Shown: positions 46,041 to 56,080 of the stretch, piece by piece
Numbering within the stretch: the stretch's first letter is position 1
Layout of the letters: every line of letters starts with the position of its first letter
DNA from: Thermodesulfobacteriota bacterium
GTDB taxonomy: Bacteria > Desulfobacterota > Desulfobacteria > Desulfobacterales > SURF-7
Assembly (NCBI GenBank): GCA_049320885.1
Contig: JBMORA010000009.1
Span: 32,001-96,000 of the forward strand
DNA length: 64,000 nt
Reading direction: 5' to 3'
Notes under the pieces: model-generated
The model's input: only the letters and a program-made list of their open reading frames with translations
Databases searched by the model: none
Told to the model about the DNA's origin: nothing
Translations under genes and position numbers: made by a program

Positions 46041-47024
46041 ATGGAACATCCAATGGGGCTGTTGGAAGAAGTGCGGGGATTCATGAAAAGCCGGATCATT
46101 TTGACCGGTGTGGAACTGGATCTGTTTACCCAGGTGCAGCGCGGGGTGGACACGGCCGAGGGGCTTGCGAAGCAGAACGGTCTTGACCTCCGCGCGCTCA
46201 GACGGCTGATGGATGCCGTTGTGACCTATGGGTTGCTGGACAAACAGGGGGGCCGGTATGCTTTGACTCCGGAAGCCGCCTTTCTGTCCGCCGACCACCC
46301 GGAATCGACACTGCCCATGATGTTGCATATGAATGAACTGTGGAACAATTGGTCCGGCCTTACCGCCGTCGTGACAACAGGGAAAAATCTCCAGCCGGTG
46401 TCCGTATCGAAAAAAACGGAAAAGAACCGGAAGGCGTTTATCGGAGCCATGCACGTGGTGGGTCGCCATCTTTCCAGGGAAATCGCCGGAGCCCTGGACC
46501 TTTCTCCTTATCGAAAAATGGTCGATATCGGCGGCAGCTCCGGTACCTACACCATTGCTTTCTTGCAACGGAATCCCGCGATGAAAGCGGTGATTTTCGA
46601 TCTGGAGCCGGTAATCCCCCTGGCGGAAGAGCGCATCCGGTCGGCGGGCATGCTGGATCGGGTGGAACTGGCGGCGGGGAATTATTACACGGATCCCCTG
46701 CCGGAAGGCTGTGATCTGGCCCTTCTCTCCGCCATTATCCACCAGAACAGCCCGGACCAGAACCGGGAACTGTATGGGAAAATTCATGCAGCGCTGGTCC
46801 CCGGCGGAACCCTGATGATCCGGGATCACATCATGGATGAAAACCGGACGGTTCCTCCGGGCGGAGCGGTTTTCGCCCTGAACATGCTGGTGGGGACCCA
46901 GGGCGGGGATACCTATACGTTTCGGGAAATATCCGGCGACCTTGAAGCCGCCGGATTTTCGGATGTACGTCAGATCCGGAGCGGTGAAAAGATGGACGGT
47001 ATTGTAACGGCTCGAAAACCATGA
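46041..47024 (+). CDS. SAM-dependent O-methyltransferase (Methyltransf_2 with dimerisation domain)
   Basis: GGAGG RBS. FIGAMH, VDIGGSSG, IFDL, LSAIIH and ALVPGG motifs. Confidence 0.9.
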   Translation: MEHPMGLLEEVRGFMKSRIILTGVELDLFTQVQRGVDTAEGLAKQNGLDLRALRRLMDAVVTYGLLDKQGGRYALTPEAAFLSADHPESTLPMMLHMNELWNNWSGLTAVVTTGKNLQPVSVSKKTEKNRKAFIGAMHVVGRHLSREIAGALDLSPYRKMVDIGGSSGTYTIAFLQRNPAMKAVIFDLEPVIPLAEERIRSAGMLDRVELAAGNYYTDPLPEGCDLALLSAIIHQNSPDQNRELYGKIHAALVPGGTLMIRDHIMDENRTVPPGGAVFALNMLVGTQGGDTYTFREISGDLEAAGFSDVRQIRSGEKMDGIVTARKP

Positions 47025-47032
47025 TGATTTTC

Positions 47033-47545
47033 CTACCGCAGATAATCATGAATGATATCGTTCATCAGGTATTCGATCTTCTGGCGAACGGTTTTGAGCT
47101 GATTGGAAACCCTGGTGTAACGGGGAGGAGTTTCCAGTTCAGCGGTTTCGATTTGCGGAGAAGCCTTTTGGTCGACGACCAGTTCGACGGAACTTAAATA
47201 AACCGTGCGTTCCAGCACGATTTTCCGCACCCGGACCCAGAGGTAGCTGGCCGCCGGTATCTGCTCCGCCTGCTCGGCAAAGCGGATCCGCGCCAGGTAG
47301 GGCGCCATTTTGGTTTTGATATCATCACGGATTGCCTTCAGGAGCCGGCGGGGATCCTCGGTTCCGGGATCCAGATTTTCCACAGTCACCAGAATCCATT
47401 GAATATTATGGATCATTTTCCGATAGCTGGTATCCCGGCTGTCCGCGGCGTTTCCCCCCGTCACCGGGGGGGCGGCCAGCAGCACCAGCAGGCCGATGAT
47501 CAGGCGTCGAAATGCCTTTTCATGAAGAATGGATAGCCACCACAT
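47033..47545 (-). CDS. Hypothetical exported protein
   Basis: Fills the gap downstream of the dehydrogenase. Hydrophobic N-terminal segment. Confidence 0.6.
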   Translation of the reverse strand: MWWLSILHEKAFRRLIIGLLVLLAAPPVTGGNAADSRDTSYRKMIHNIQWILVTVENLDPGTEDPRRLLKAIRDDIKTKMAPYLARIRFAEQAEQIPAASYLWVRVRKIVLERTVYLSSVELVVDQKASPQIETAELETPPRYTRVSNQLKTVRQKIEYLMNDIIHDYLR

Positions 47546-47552
47546 TCCGACA

Positions 47553-48524
47553 TCAACCGGTTAAAAGGTTTTCCGGCCGTTCGCCCCGCAGAGCCCGGGC
47601 GATATTGGCCATGGTCATGTGAATGATCCGCAGTTGGGCTTCATTGGAAACACCGGCGATGTGCGGGGTCAGAATCAGGTTGGGGTGGGGCGAGTTCAGG
47701 AAGGGGTTTCCCGGCCTGATCGGCTCTTCGCTGAAGACGTCCAGCGCGGCGCCGGCGATTCCACCTTTCTGCAGTGCATCCGCCAGGGCCTGTTCGTCCA
47801 CCAACTCTCCCCGCCCCACATTGATCAGAACAGCGGTGGGTTTCAGGGAGGCCAAGGTGGTTGCATTGATCATGTTCCGGGTTTCATCGGTCAGCGGGCA
47901 ATGGAGGCTGATGACATCGGCGACGGCGAAAAGTTCCGCCAGAACCCGATGGGCGGCCCCCAACTCCTTTTCTTCCTGGATTGTCAAGCGTGTTCGGGAA
48001 TAGTAAATCAAATTCACTCCGAATGGCTTCAGCCGTTGGGCCACGGCGCGGCCGATACGGCCCATGCCCACGATACCCCAGGTTTTCCCGCCGAGTTCGG
48101 CCGGGCGGATTTCCAGCTGTTTCCATTCGCCTTGTTGGGTGCTCCGGTTGGCCGCCAGGATTTTTTTCAGCAAGCCGAGACCGCACATGACGGTATGCTC
48201 GGCAACGGCGACGCTGTTGGCGCCGGGGCAGTTGGCCACACGAATGCCCATCCGGGCGCAGGCTTCCAGATCGATATGCTGGTATCCGGCGCTTGGTTGC
48301 TGGATGAGTTTGACATTTCGCGCGGCCCGGACGATATCGGCGGTGATATTGTTTCGAAAGGTGAAATCGCCGACAATGATATCCGCATCGACCACGGCCT
48401 GTTGTATTTTTTCCGCTGACCAGGCGCTGGCGTCCGTCACCTCGACATCATGGATGCCACTGCTTTGCAGGATGTGGACGATGAACTCTTTGGGCAGGGG
48501 CGCCATGGAAACGATTTTTTTCAT
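47553..48524 (-). CDS. D-isomer-specific 2-hydroxyacid dehydrogenase
   Basis: VAEH, GIVGMGRIG, ISLHCPL, INVGRG, LDVFSEEP and LTPHIAG motifs. Confidence 0.93.
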   Translation of the reverse strand: MKKIVSMAPLPKEFIVHILQSSGIHDVEVTDASAWSAEKIQQAVVDADIIVGDFTFRNNITADIVRAARNVKLIQQPSAGYQHIDLEACARMGIRVANCPGANSVAVAEHTVMCGLGLLKKILAANRSTQQGEWKQLEIRPAELGGKTWGIVGMGRIGRAVAQRLKPFGVNLIYYSRTRLTIQEEKELGAAHRVLAELFAVADVISLHCPLTDETRNMINATTLASLKPTAVLINVGRGELVDEQALADALQKGGIAGAALDVFSEEPIRPGNPFLNSPHPNLILTPHIAGVSNEAQLRIIHMTMANIARALRGERPENLLTG

Positions 48525-48707
48525 CTGTATCGCCTTTTGGTCGACTATGGTGACGGTGACTTTTTATTTGTTGTATGAAAAAGGCGCGGGGCTGTCAAGA
48601 TTCGGCAGGTGTCTGTCCGCACGTTCCCTGGAATGCAATCTGCTTGACACTCGCAAAGGGATTGGAGATAGTCGGACAATTCTCATCCAAAACCGGAAAG
48701 GGCTTAC

Positions 48708-49226
48708 ATGCTGATACCCTATTGCGAAAAAATTCCGAAAATCGGGAAGAATGTTTTTATCGCCCCCACGGCCGTGATCATCGGTGATGTCGTTATCAGG
48801 GATAACGCCAGCGTCTGGTTCAACACCGTCATCCGGGGCGATTTGGCCGGAATAGTTATTGGAGAAAACACCAATATCCAGGATAACTGCACGGTCCACA
48901 CCGACCATGACAAGCCCGCCGTCATCGGCTCCAATGTAACGGTGGGCCATAATGCCGTCATTCATGGCTGCACCATCGAAGACGACTGCCTGATCGGTAT
49001 CCAGGCGGTCATCCTGAACGAGGCCCGGGTGAAGAAAGGAACGGTGGTCGCCGCCGCTTCACTGGTGAAAGAGGGCCAGCACGTGGGCCCGTTTCAGCTG
49101 GTTGCCGGAGTACCGGCGGTAGTCAAGAGATCCCTGTCGGAGGAACTGGTCCGTAATTATCAGGAGCCGGTTCACAGTTATCTGAAATTGGCGGCGGCCT
49201 ATCAAACCGCGGCGAAGGGCGGATGA
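48708..49226 (+). CDS. Gamma-carbonic-anhydrase family (hexapeptide repeat) protein
   Basis: IGDV, RGD, NIQDNCTVH and VGHNAVIHGC motifs. Confidence 0.93.
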   Translation: MLIPYCEKIPKIGKNVFIAPTAVIIGDVVIRDNASVWFNTVIRGDLAGIVIGENTNIQDNCTVHTDHDKPAVIGSNVTVGHNAVIHGCTIEDDCLIGIQAVILNEARVKKGTVVAAASLVKEGQHVGPFQLVAGVPAVVKRSLSEELVRNYQEPVHSYLKLAAAYQTAAKGG

Positions 49227-49243
49227 TAAACGGGGACCGGCTT

Positions 49244-50278
49244 CTACTCACCGGGCGCGGTCAGGATTGTCTCCAGCAGATTTTCGATGGAATCGGTTAT
49301 AATCAGGGCGCTTTTTTTCGTATAGCCGCCGGATAACAGCATGAGAATGGGAATCTCGCGTTGAACCGCGTTGCGGAAAACGATTTCGTCCCGTTTCACG
49401 ATGCCGGCATGGGTGATGCCCATGGCGCCCAGGGGGTCTTCCCTGAAAATGTCCGTTCCGGCATTGTAGATGATAAAGCCGGCCTTGGACAGTTCCAATG
49501 CCTTGGGTAATTCCTGCTCTATCAACTGCAGATACGGTTCATCGGATATATAGGCCGGTACGGGGTATTTGTATTCCACAAAGCGTTGGGCGTAGTCATC
49601 ATTGGGATAAATCTGATCATTATACACGTCGAAAATATGAACCCGCTTCTCGGATTGCAGGATCGTGGATACGCCGTTGCCTTGATGGGCGTCAAGGTCG
49701 ACAACCAGGACCCGCTTTTGGGGATGCAGCTCCAGGAACCTGTATACGGCCAGCGGGATATCCGCATAGAAACAAAATCCTTCACCGGAGTCTGATTTTG
49801 CGTGGTGATATCCGCCGGAAAGGTTGATGGCCCAGCCGTGCTTCAGGGCCAGGTCGACTCCCAGCAGACTTCCGCCGGTTGCATACCGCATGGGTTTCAG
49901 CAGGCAGCGCTGGACCAGAAAATTCGGTGCCAGACGCAACAGCGGCATTTCCGCTATCTGGGCCGCTGTATCGGAATTCTGCAAGGTGTCCAGATATGTC
50001 TGGGTATGGACTTTCCGGAGTTCCGCATCCGTCACGGGCGCGGGTTGATAAATCCGGAAGAGGGACAATCCCCGCCTTTCCACCAGGCGCTCGAAGACGC
50101 GGCCGTATTTTTTGGAATCAAAGGGATGGAATTTTTCGAACCCCAGGAAGGAGATGTTATATTTATCCGTATAAATAATGGGGATTCGTTCAGGTTTCAT
50201 CTCCTTTGACTGTCCGGTCTGAATCGAGATGAAAAGAGTTGACAGCAGCACTCCTCCGAAAACCGGCAAATAGTTCAT
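49244..50278 (-). CDS. Histone deacetylase family protein, HDAC11 (class IV)-like
   Basis: YNISFLGFEKFHPFD, GWAINLSGGYHHA, GFCFYADI, DLDAHQGNG, YNAGTD and SGGY motifs. Start is 50278 (signal-peptide-like) or 50200. Confidence 0.9.
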   Translation of the reverse strand: MNYLPVFGGVLLSTLFISIQTGQSKEMKPERIPIIYTDKYNISFLGFEKFHPFDSKKYGRVFERLVERRGLSLFRIYQPAPVTDAELRKVHTQTYLDTLQNSDTAAQIAEMPLLRLAPNFLVQRCLLKPMRYATGGSLLGVDLALKHGWAINLSGGYHHAKSDSGEGFCFYADIPLAVYRFLELHPQKRVLVVDLDAHQGNGVSTILQSEKRVHIFDVYNDQIYPNDDYAQRFVEYKYPVPAYISDEPYLQLIEQELPKALELSKAGFIIYNAGTDIFREDPLGAMGITHAGIVKRDEIVFRNAVQREIPILMLLSGGYTKKSALIITDSIENLLETILTAPGE

Positions 50279-50666
50279 TTTTCTTCTCCACCAGCATGGT
50301 TGCAATCGGGATGTCCGCGGGAGCCAGTTTGTATTGCAGAAGGGTTCCCAGCGGTGCCCAGGAGTATTGATCATGCACTTTCAAGGTGAAACGAGTTTCC
50401 CGGAGAGTGGTCAGGATCGCCAGCAGGCGGATGGCGCCATGGGCATAGAGGTATTCGCTTTCCGCAATGATTTCGGTTGCGGTTGAGGAGACGCCCAATT
50501 CTTCCAGCAGTTCCCGCTCCAGGCATTCCTGGGGGGTTTCGCCCTCTTCGATTTTGCCACCCGGAAACTCCCAGAATCCGGCCAGTTTTTCTCCAGGACC
50601 ACGACGGGTGATGAGCACCGTGTTTCTTTTCAGAATGATGGCGGCCGTAACGGTTTTGACAGTCAT
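50190..50666 (-). CDS. MutT/NudG-like Nudix hydrolase
   Basis: WEFPGGKIEEGETPQECLERELLEELG Nudix box and LAPADIPI. Confidence 0.92.
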   Translation of the reverse strand: MTVKTVTAAIILKRNTVLITRRGPGEKLAGFWEFPGGKIEEGETPQECLERELLEELGVSSTATEIIAESEYLYAHGAIRLLAILTTLRETRFTLKVHDQYSWAPLGTLLQYKLAPADIPIATMLVEKKNELFAGFRRSAAVNSFHLDSDRTVKGDET

Positions 50667-50938
50667 TGCAATCCTTTTTCGTGTCGGGCAACGGGAAATA
50701 TCATCGTGCAGGTGCGCAAGGGATAAGACAGCATATTCCAAATCCGGATAATCGTAAATCCATTTTCCGGGGTCTGGAAGAGGAACCCGCTTGCCGTTTC
50801 AGAAAAGCCGGTCCAGGACCGTCCGTGTCTGGCGGCGAGGAAGATGGGGATGCTATTTCCCTTGAACAAAGCGGAGCGGTTTGTTAGAAAAACAGCTGGT
50901 ACGCTTGAAACATCAACAACCGGGCCCATGATACCGTT

Positions 50939-52015
50939 ATGAGCTTCGAGATCACACGCAAGAAAACACGGGAAATTGCCGTCGGGAAGGTAACGATCGG
51001 CGGGTCGTCGCCCGTATCGGTGCAGTCCATGACCAATACCCATACCCATGATATCCCGGCGACAGTGAAGCAAATCCGGCTTTTGGAGGATGCCGGCTGC
51101 GAAATCGTTCGCGTGGCGGTTCCCGATGAGGACGCTGCCGCAGCCATCGCCGGCATTCGTAAACAAATCGGGATTCCGCTGATTGCCGATATCCATTTTG
51201 ATTACCGGCTGGCCATTGCGGCGGCGGAAGCCGGCGCCGACGGCCTGCGGATCAATCCCGGCAATATCGGCGGCATCCGCAAGGTCCGGGAAGTGGTGCG
51301 ATGCGCATCCGAGCGCCGGCTGCCCATAAGGATAGGCGTCAACGCCGGCTCGCTGGAGAAAGATATCATTAAACAGTACGGAGGGGTAACACCCGAGGGC
51401 ATGGTGGCCAGCGCCTTGAGGAATATCGACTTATTACGCGAGCTGGATTTCCACGATATCAAGATATCCATCAAGGCCTCGGATGTGGGCAGGACGGTGA
51501 GCGCCTACCGGCTTCTGTCCGCTAAGACGGATTTGCCGCTGCATGTCGGGGTTACGGAAGCCGGGGGGTTGTTTGCAGGGATCGTCAAGTCTTCCTTAGG
51601 CATCGGCATGCTGCTGGCCGAGGGCATCGGCGACACCATCCGGGTGTCGCTTACCCGGGATCCGGTGGAGGAAGTGCGGGTCGGTTATGAAATCCTGAAA
51701 AGCCTGGGTATCAGGAGGCATGGGCCGGAGATTATCTCCTGTCCGACCTGCGGACGCTGCAACATCAAGCTGTTTGATATTGCCGAGCGCATTGAAAAGG
51801 AGTTGCTTTCCTGTAAAAAACCCATCAAGATCGCGATCATGGGGTGCGTGGTAAACGGACCGGGCGAGGCCCGGGAGGCGGATATCGGCATTGCCGGCGG
51901 CGACGGTATCGGCATTCTCTTCAAAAAAGGAAAAGTGGTGAAACGGTTTCCCCAGGAGCGATTGGTGGAAGTGTTGTTGGAAGAAACAGCGAAATTTGAA
52001 ACAGCAGAGGACTGA
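50939..52015 (+). CDS. ispG: (E)-4-hydroxy-3-methylbut-2-enyl-diphosphate synthase
   Basis: VQSMTNT, ADIHFDY, RINPGNIG, GVNAGSL, SCPTCGR and GCVVNGPGEA motifs. Confidence 0.97.
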   Translation: MSFEITRKKTREIAVGKVTIGGSSPVSVQSMTNTHTHDIPATVKQIRLLEDAGCEIVRVAVPDEDAAAAIAGIRKQIGIPLIADIHFDYRLAIAAAEAGADGLRINPGNIGGIRKVREVVRCASERRLPIRIGVNAGSLEKDIIKQYGGVTPEGMVASALRNIDLLRELDFHDIKISIKASDVGRTVSAYRLLSAKTDLPLHVGVTEAGGLFAGIVKSSLGIGMLLAEGIGDTIRVSLTRDPVEEVRVGYEILKSLGIRRHGPEIISCPTCGRCNIKLFDIAERIEKELLSCKKPIKIAIMGCVVNGPGEAREADIGIAGGDGIGILFKKGKVVKRFPQERLVEVLLEETAKFETAED

Positions 52016-52016
52016 G

Positions 52017-53540
52017 ATGGGCAAAACGGTGCAGACGGCAATTACTCCCACCCGGGAGGAAGACTATCCGGAGTGGTATCAACAAGTGGTGAAGGCTTCC
52101 GATTTGGCGGAAAAATCGCCCGTGCGGGGCTGCATGGTGATCAAACCCTGGGGGTATGCCCTGTGGGAAAACATGGTGCGGATTCTGGACGAGATGTTCA
52201 AGGCCACCGGGGTGAAAAACGCCTATTTCCCTTTGTTCATTCCCTTGAGTTTTCTGGAAAAGGAGGCCGAGCATGTGGAAGGGTTTGCCAAGGAATGCGC
52301 CGTGGTGACCCACCACCGACTGGAAAAAGGCCCGGACGGCGGACTCGTGCCGGCTGGTAAATTGACCGAACCGCTGGTGGTCCGGCCGACCTCGGAAACG
52401 ATTATCGGGGATTCCTTTGCCAAATGGGTCGGCAGTTATCGCGATCTGCCCATTCTGATCAACCAGTGGGCGAACGTCGTGCGATGGGAGATGCGCACCC
52501 GGACGTTTCTGAGAACCAGCGAATTTTTGTGGCAGGAAGGGCATACCGTCCATGCGACAAGGGAAGAAGCCGTGGAACGGACACGCCGGATGCTCCAGGT
52601 GTATTCCGCGTTTGCAGAGGAATATCTGGCCATGCCGGTGATCCAGGGTGAGAAATCGCCGTCCGAGAGATTTCCGGGAGCCGTCGATACCTTGTGTATT
52701 GAAGCCATGATGCAGGATCGGAAGGCCTTGCAGGCAGGCACTTCCCATTTTTTGGGGCAAAATTTCGCCAAATCGTCCGGCATCCGGTTTCAGACAGCCG
52801 AGAAGCAGGAGGAATATGCCTGGACCACCTCCTGGGGGGTATCCACGCGGCTCATCGGCGGTCTGATCATGAGCCATGGCGATGACGATGGGATCATTAT
52901 TCCACCGAAGGTCGCCCCGTCCCATGTGGTTCTTCTGCCCATCATCCGGAACGCCGCTGATCAGCAACCGGTCATGGAATATGTACGGCTTGTAGCCGCC
53001 GCTTTGGGGGAGAAAACCTACGCAGGCAGAAAACTAACGGTGGAAATCGATGATCGCGAGATCGGCGGCGCCAGGGGGTGGGAGTGGATCAAGAAAGGCA
53101 TCCCCCTGCGGGTGGAAATCGGTCCACGGGACATGGCCGAAGACTCGGTTTTCATCGCCCGGCGGGATAAGTCCCTGCGGGAAAAAACCGCCATGAAACG
53201 CCAGATTTTTGTGGAAGCAATTACGGGAATACTGGACGACATCCAGAAAAATTTGTTTGACCGGGCCTTGCAATACCGTCAGGATCATACGCATACCATT
53301 GATGATCCCAACGAGTTCAGGCGGTTTTTTACTCCGGAAAATTTGGAAAAACCGGAGATTCACGGGGGATTTTCTTTCTCGCGCTGGTGCGGTTCCCCGG
53401 AATGCGAGGCCAAGACCAAGGATGAACTGATGGTGACCATCCGCTGCATACCGTTTGAGCCGGGAGAGAACGAAACCGGTCCCTGCGTCTGTTGCGGGAG
53501 CCCCGGCAGCCGAAGGGTGATTTTCGCCAAGGCCTATTGA
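52017..53540 (+). CDS. proS: Proline--tRNA ligase (archaeal/eukaryal-like type)
   Basis: EAEHVEGFAKEC, RPTSET, WEMRTR.FLRT.EFLWQEGHT, LQAGTSHFLGQNF and C-terminal FAKAY. Confidence 0.96.
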   Translation: MGKTVQTAITPTREEDYPEWYQQVVKASDLAEKSPVRGCMVIKPWGYALWENMVRILDEMFKATGVKNAYFPLFIPLSFLEKEAEHVEGFAKECAVVTHHRLEKGPDGGLVPAGKLTEPLVVRPTSETIIGDSFAKWVGSYRDLPILINQWANVVRWEMRTRTFLRTSEFLWQEGHTVHATREEAVERTRRMLQVYSAFAEEYLAMPVIQGEKSPSERFPGAVDTLCIEAMMQDRKALQAGTSHFLGQNFAKSSGIRFQTAEKQEEYAWTTSWGVSTRLIGGLIMSHGDDDGIIIPPKVAPSHVVLLPIIRNAADQQPVMEYVRLVAAALGEKTYAGRKLTVEIDDREIGGARGWEWIKKGIPLRVEIGPRDMAEDSVFIARRDKSLREKTAMKRQIFVEAITGILDDIQKNLFDRALQYRQDHTHTIDDPNEFRRFFTPENLEKPEIHGGFSFSRWCGSPECEAKTKDELMVTIRCIPFEPGENETGPCVCCGSPGSRRVIFAKAY

Positions 53541-53574
53541 AGCAGAACGATTTTTTTCGTAAGTCCGTTTCCTT

Positions 53575-55734
53575 ATGATTCGAATCAACGACATCATCGA
53601 TAAAATCGTTGAATATTATCCGGACGCCGATCTGGATATCATCAACCGGGCCTATATTTATTCCGCCCGGGTGCATGCCGGTCAGGTCCGGCTTTCCGGC
53701 GAGCCATACCTGGCGCATCCTTTGGAAGTCGCCTACATCCTGGCGGATATGAAACTCGATCGGGTGAGCGTCGCCGCCGGGTTGTTGCACGATGTGGTGG
53801 AGGACACCCACGCGAGTATCGATGAAATCCGGGATATGTTCGGCGCGGAAGTGGCCCATATCGTTTCCGGGGTCACGAAAATCAGCACCATCCCGTTGAA
53901 CAGTTCCCAGGCCCGCCAGGCGGAAAGCATCCGCAAAATGATTCTAGCCATGGCGGACGACATCCGGGTCATTCTGATCAAGCTGGCCGACCGGCTGCAC
54001 AACATGCGCACGCTTCAGTATCACAAGAGTGAAGAAAAACGGGTGGCGATTGCCCAGGAGACCCTCGATATTTATGCTCCCATCGCCGCCCGGCTGGGCA
54101 TCTATTGGATCAAACAGAACCTGGAGGATATTTCTTTTCAATATGTAATGCCCGAACAGTATGCCAACATCAAAACCCTGGTCAACCGCGGCATGGAAGA
54201 GCGCGAGGAATACATTGAGACCGTCAAATCCTATATTCAGCACAAGATGGACGAATCCGGGCTGAAATGTGAAGTGGTGGGCCGGTTTAAGCAATATTAT
54301 AGCATTTATCAGAAAATGGTGACCCAGCAGCTCGAATTTGAAGAAATTTACGATTTGATCGCATTCCGCATCATCCTGGACACCGTGCAGCAATGTTATG
54401 AGGCCCTTGGCGTTCTGCACTCGCTGTGGAAACCGATTGCAAAAAAATTCAAGGATTATATCGGGATGCCCAAGGCGAATATGTACCAGTCCCTTCATAC
54501 CACGGTGATCGGTTCTTTCGGTGAGCGTATCGAGATTCAGATCCGGACCCATGAAATGGATCGGGTGGCCAAGTCCGGAATCGCAGCCCATTGGAGCTAT
54601 AAGGAAGGGCGGAGTATTGACGAAAAAACGGGTGAGACGTTTGCCTGGATTCAAAATCTGGTTGAAAATCAAGAAGAATTTAACGATCCGAATGAGTTCC
54701 TGGAAAACGTCCGGATTGATCTTTTTCCCGATGAAATCTACGTGTTTACCCCTCGCGGCGATATCAGGTCATTGCCCAAGGGGGCGACACCGGTTGATTT
54801 CGCTTATATGATTCATACGGAAATCGGCAGCCGTTGTACCGGAGCAAAGATCAACGGCCGCATGCTGCCGTTGCAAACCGAACTGAAAACCGGCGATATC
54901 GTTGAAGTTATCACCACAAAGGGGAGCCATCCGAGCAAGGATTGGCTGAACTTTGTCAAAACCGTCAAGGCGCGTTCCCGCATCCGTCAGTGGATCAAGG
55001 TTCAGGAAAAGGGTCGCAGCATCACTCTGGGCCGTGAAATGTGCGAGAAGGCGTTTCGGAAATACCGACTCAATTTCAACAATCTGGTTAAATCGGCTGA
55101 GATGGAAAAAATCGTGGCCGATTTTGGATTCAGGGAGGTGGACGACCTGATCGCCGATGTGGGGTACGGCAAGATTACCCCTTTGCAGGTGGTGCGAAAG
55201 TTTCTCCCCAAGCCGGAGGATGAGCAGAATGCGGAAAAAGATGAACGTTCCATATTCGGCAAATTGATCGGAAGGGTCAGACGGAAGAAGAACGACGGCG
55301 GGGTGGTGGTCAAGGGAATCGACGATGTGCTGGTTCGCTTCGGTAAATGCTGCCAGCCGGTTCCCGGAGATGCGGTGATTGGTTATATTACGAGAGGTCA
55401 AGGGGTGACGGTCCACAGAACCGGCTGCATTCACGCCTTGAAAATGACGCCGGAACGGCGGATTGAAGTGACCTGGAACCGAGAAAAATCGGAAACCTAC
55501 CCTGTCAAAATTCAAATCCGTTCATATGACAGGTTTGGTCTGCTGGCGGATATTACGGCCAATATCAGTAAAAATGGGGCCAATATTCTCAGGGCGAACG
55601 CGGACATTCATGAAAGCAAAATGGTGGACAGCTATTTTACCATTGCCGTGGAGGATACCGAGCATCTGAATCGGATCCTCTCTTCCATCCGCAAAATCAA
55701 ACAGGTACATGACGTAAAACGGCTTGACGACTAG
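53575..55734 (+). CDS. spoT: Bifunctional (p)ppGpp synthetase/hydrolase (RelA/SpoT, Rel)
   Basis: HD hydrolase (SGEPY..HP, LLHDVVED), synthetase (YQSLHT, EIQIRT), TGS, CC and ACT domains. Confidence 0.95.
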   Translation: MIRINDIIDKIVEYYPDADLDIINRAYIYSARVHAGQVRLSGEPYLAHPLEVAYILADMKLDRVSVAAGLLHDVVEDTHASIDEIRDMFGAEVAHIVSGVTKISTIPLNSSQARQAESIRKMILAMADDIRVILIKLADRLHNMRTLQYHKSEEKRVAIAQETLDIYAPIAARLGIYWIKQNLEDISFQYVMPEQYANIKTLVNRGMEEREEYIETVKSYIQHKMDESGLKCEVVGRFKQYYSIYQKMVTQQLEFEEIYDLIAFRIILDTVQQCYEALGVLHSLWKPIAKKFKDYIGMPKANMYQSLHTTVIGSFGERIEIQIRTHEMDRVAKSGIAAHWSYKEGRSIDEKTGETFAWIQNLVENQEEFNDPNEFLENVRIDLFPDEIYVFTPRGDIRSLPKGATPVDFAYMIHTEIGSRCTGAKINGRMLPLQTELKTGDIVEVITTKGSHPSKDWLNFVKTVKARSRIRQWIKVQEKGRSITLGREMCEKAFRKYRLNFNNLVKSAEMEKIVADFGFREVDDLIADVGYGKITPLQVVRKFLPKPEDEQNAEKDERSIFGKLIGRVRRKKNDGGVVVKGIDDVLVRFGKCCQPVPGDAVIGYITRGQGVTVHRTGCIHALKMTPERRIEVTWNREKSETYPVKIQIRSYDRFGLLADITANISKNGANILRANADIHESKMVDSYFTIAVEDTEHLNRILSSIRKIKQVHDVKRLDD

Positions 55735-55780
55735 CCCCGGTGGTTATCAGAAACCGCAGTTGCCGGTGTTCAAAACGCGC

Positions 55781-55972
55781 TTACGGTGCTTTAACCACAA
55801 ACCCGGATTTGATGCAATTCGTGCAGACTTCTATGCGCCGAACGTGACCATCCCGAATGGCGCGGACACGCTGCAAATTTGGATTGAAGCGCCGTTTGTT
55901 GACATTGTGGGCATGGCTGACATGATTGCCGACCATTGGCCGTTTTCCGCAGATTTCACACATTTTAGACAT
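55781..55972 (-). CDS. rpmB: 50S ribosomal protein L28 (Cys/Zn form)
   Basis: [17 protein letters not shown]...RRFNPNLQ...VCTNCIKS. Confidence 0.96.
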   Translation of the reverse strand: MSKMCEICGKRPMVGNHVSHAHNVNKRRFNPNLQRVRAIRDGHVRRIEVCTNCIKSGFVVKAP

Positions 55973-56080
55973 CTTGATGCTCCCTGAAACAAATTCCGTA
56001 GACGGTTTCGATTCAACAGAATTAGGCTTAGTACATTAAAAATCCACGGTTGTAAAGTGTTTTTTGTCGGCAATGGGCCA

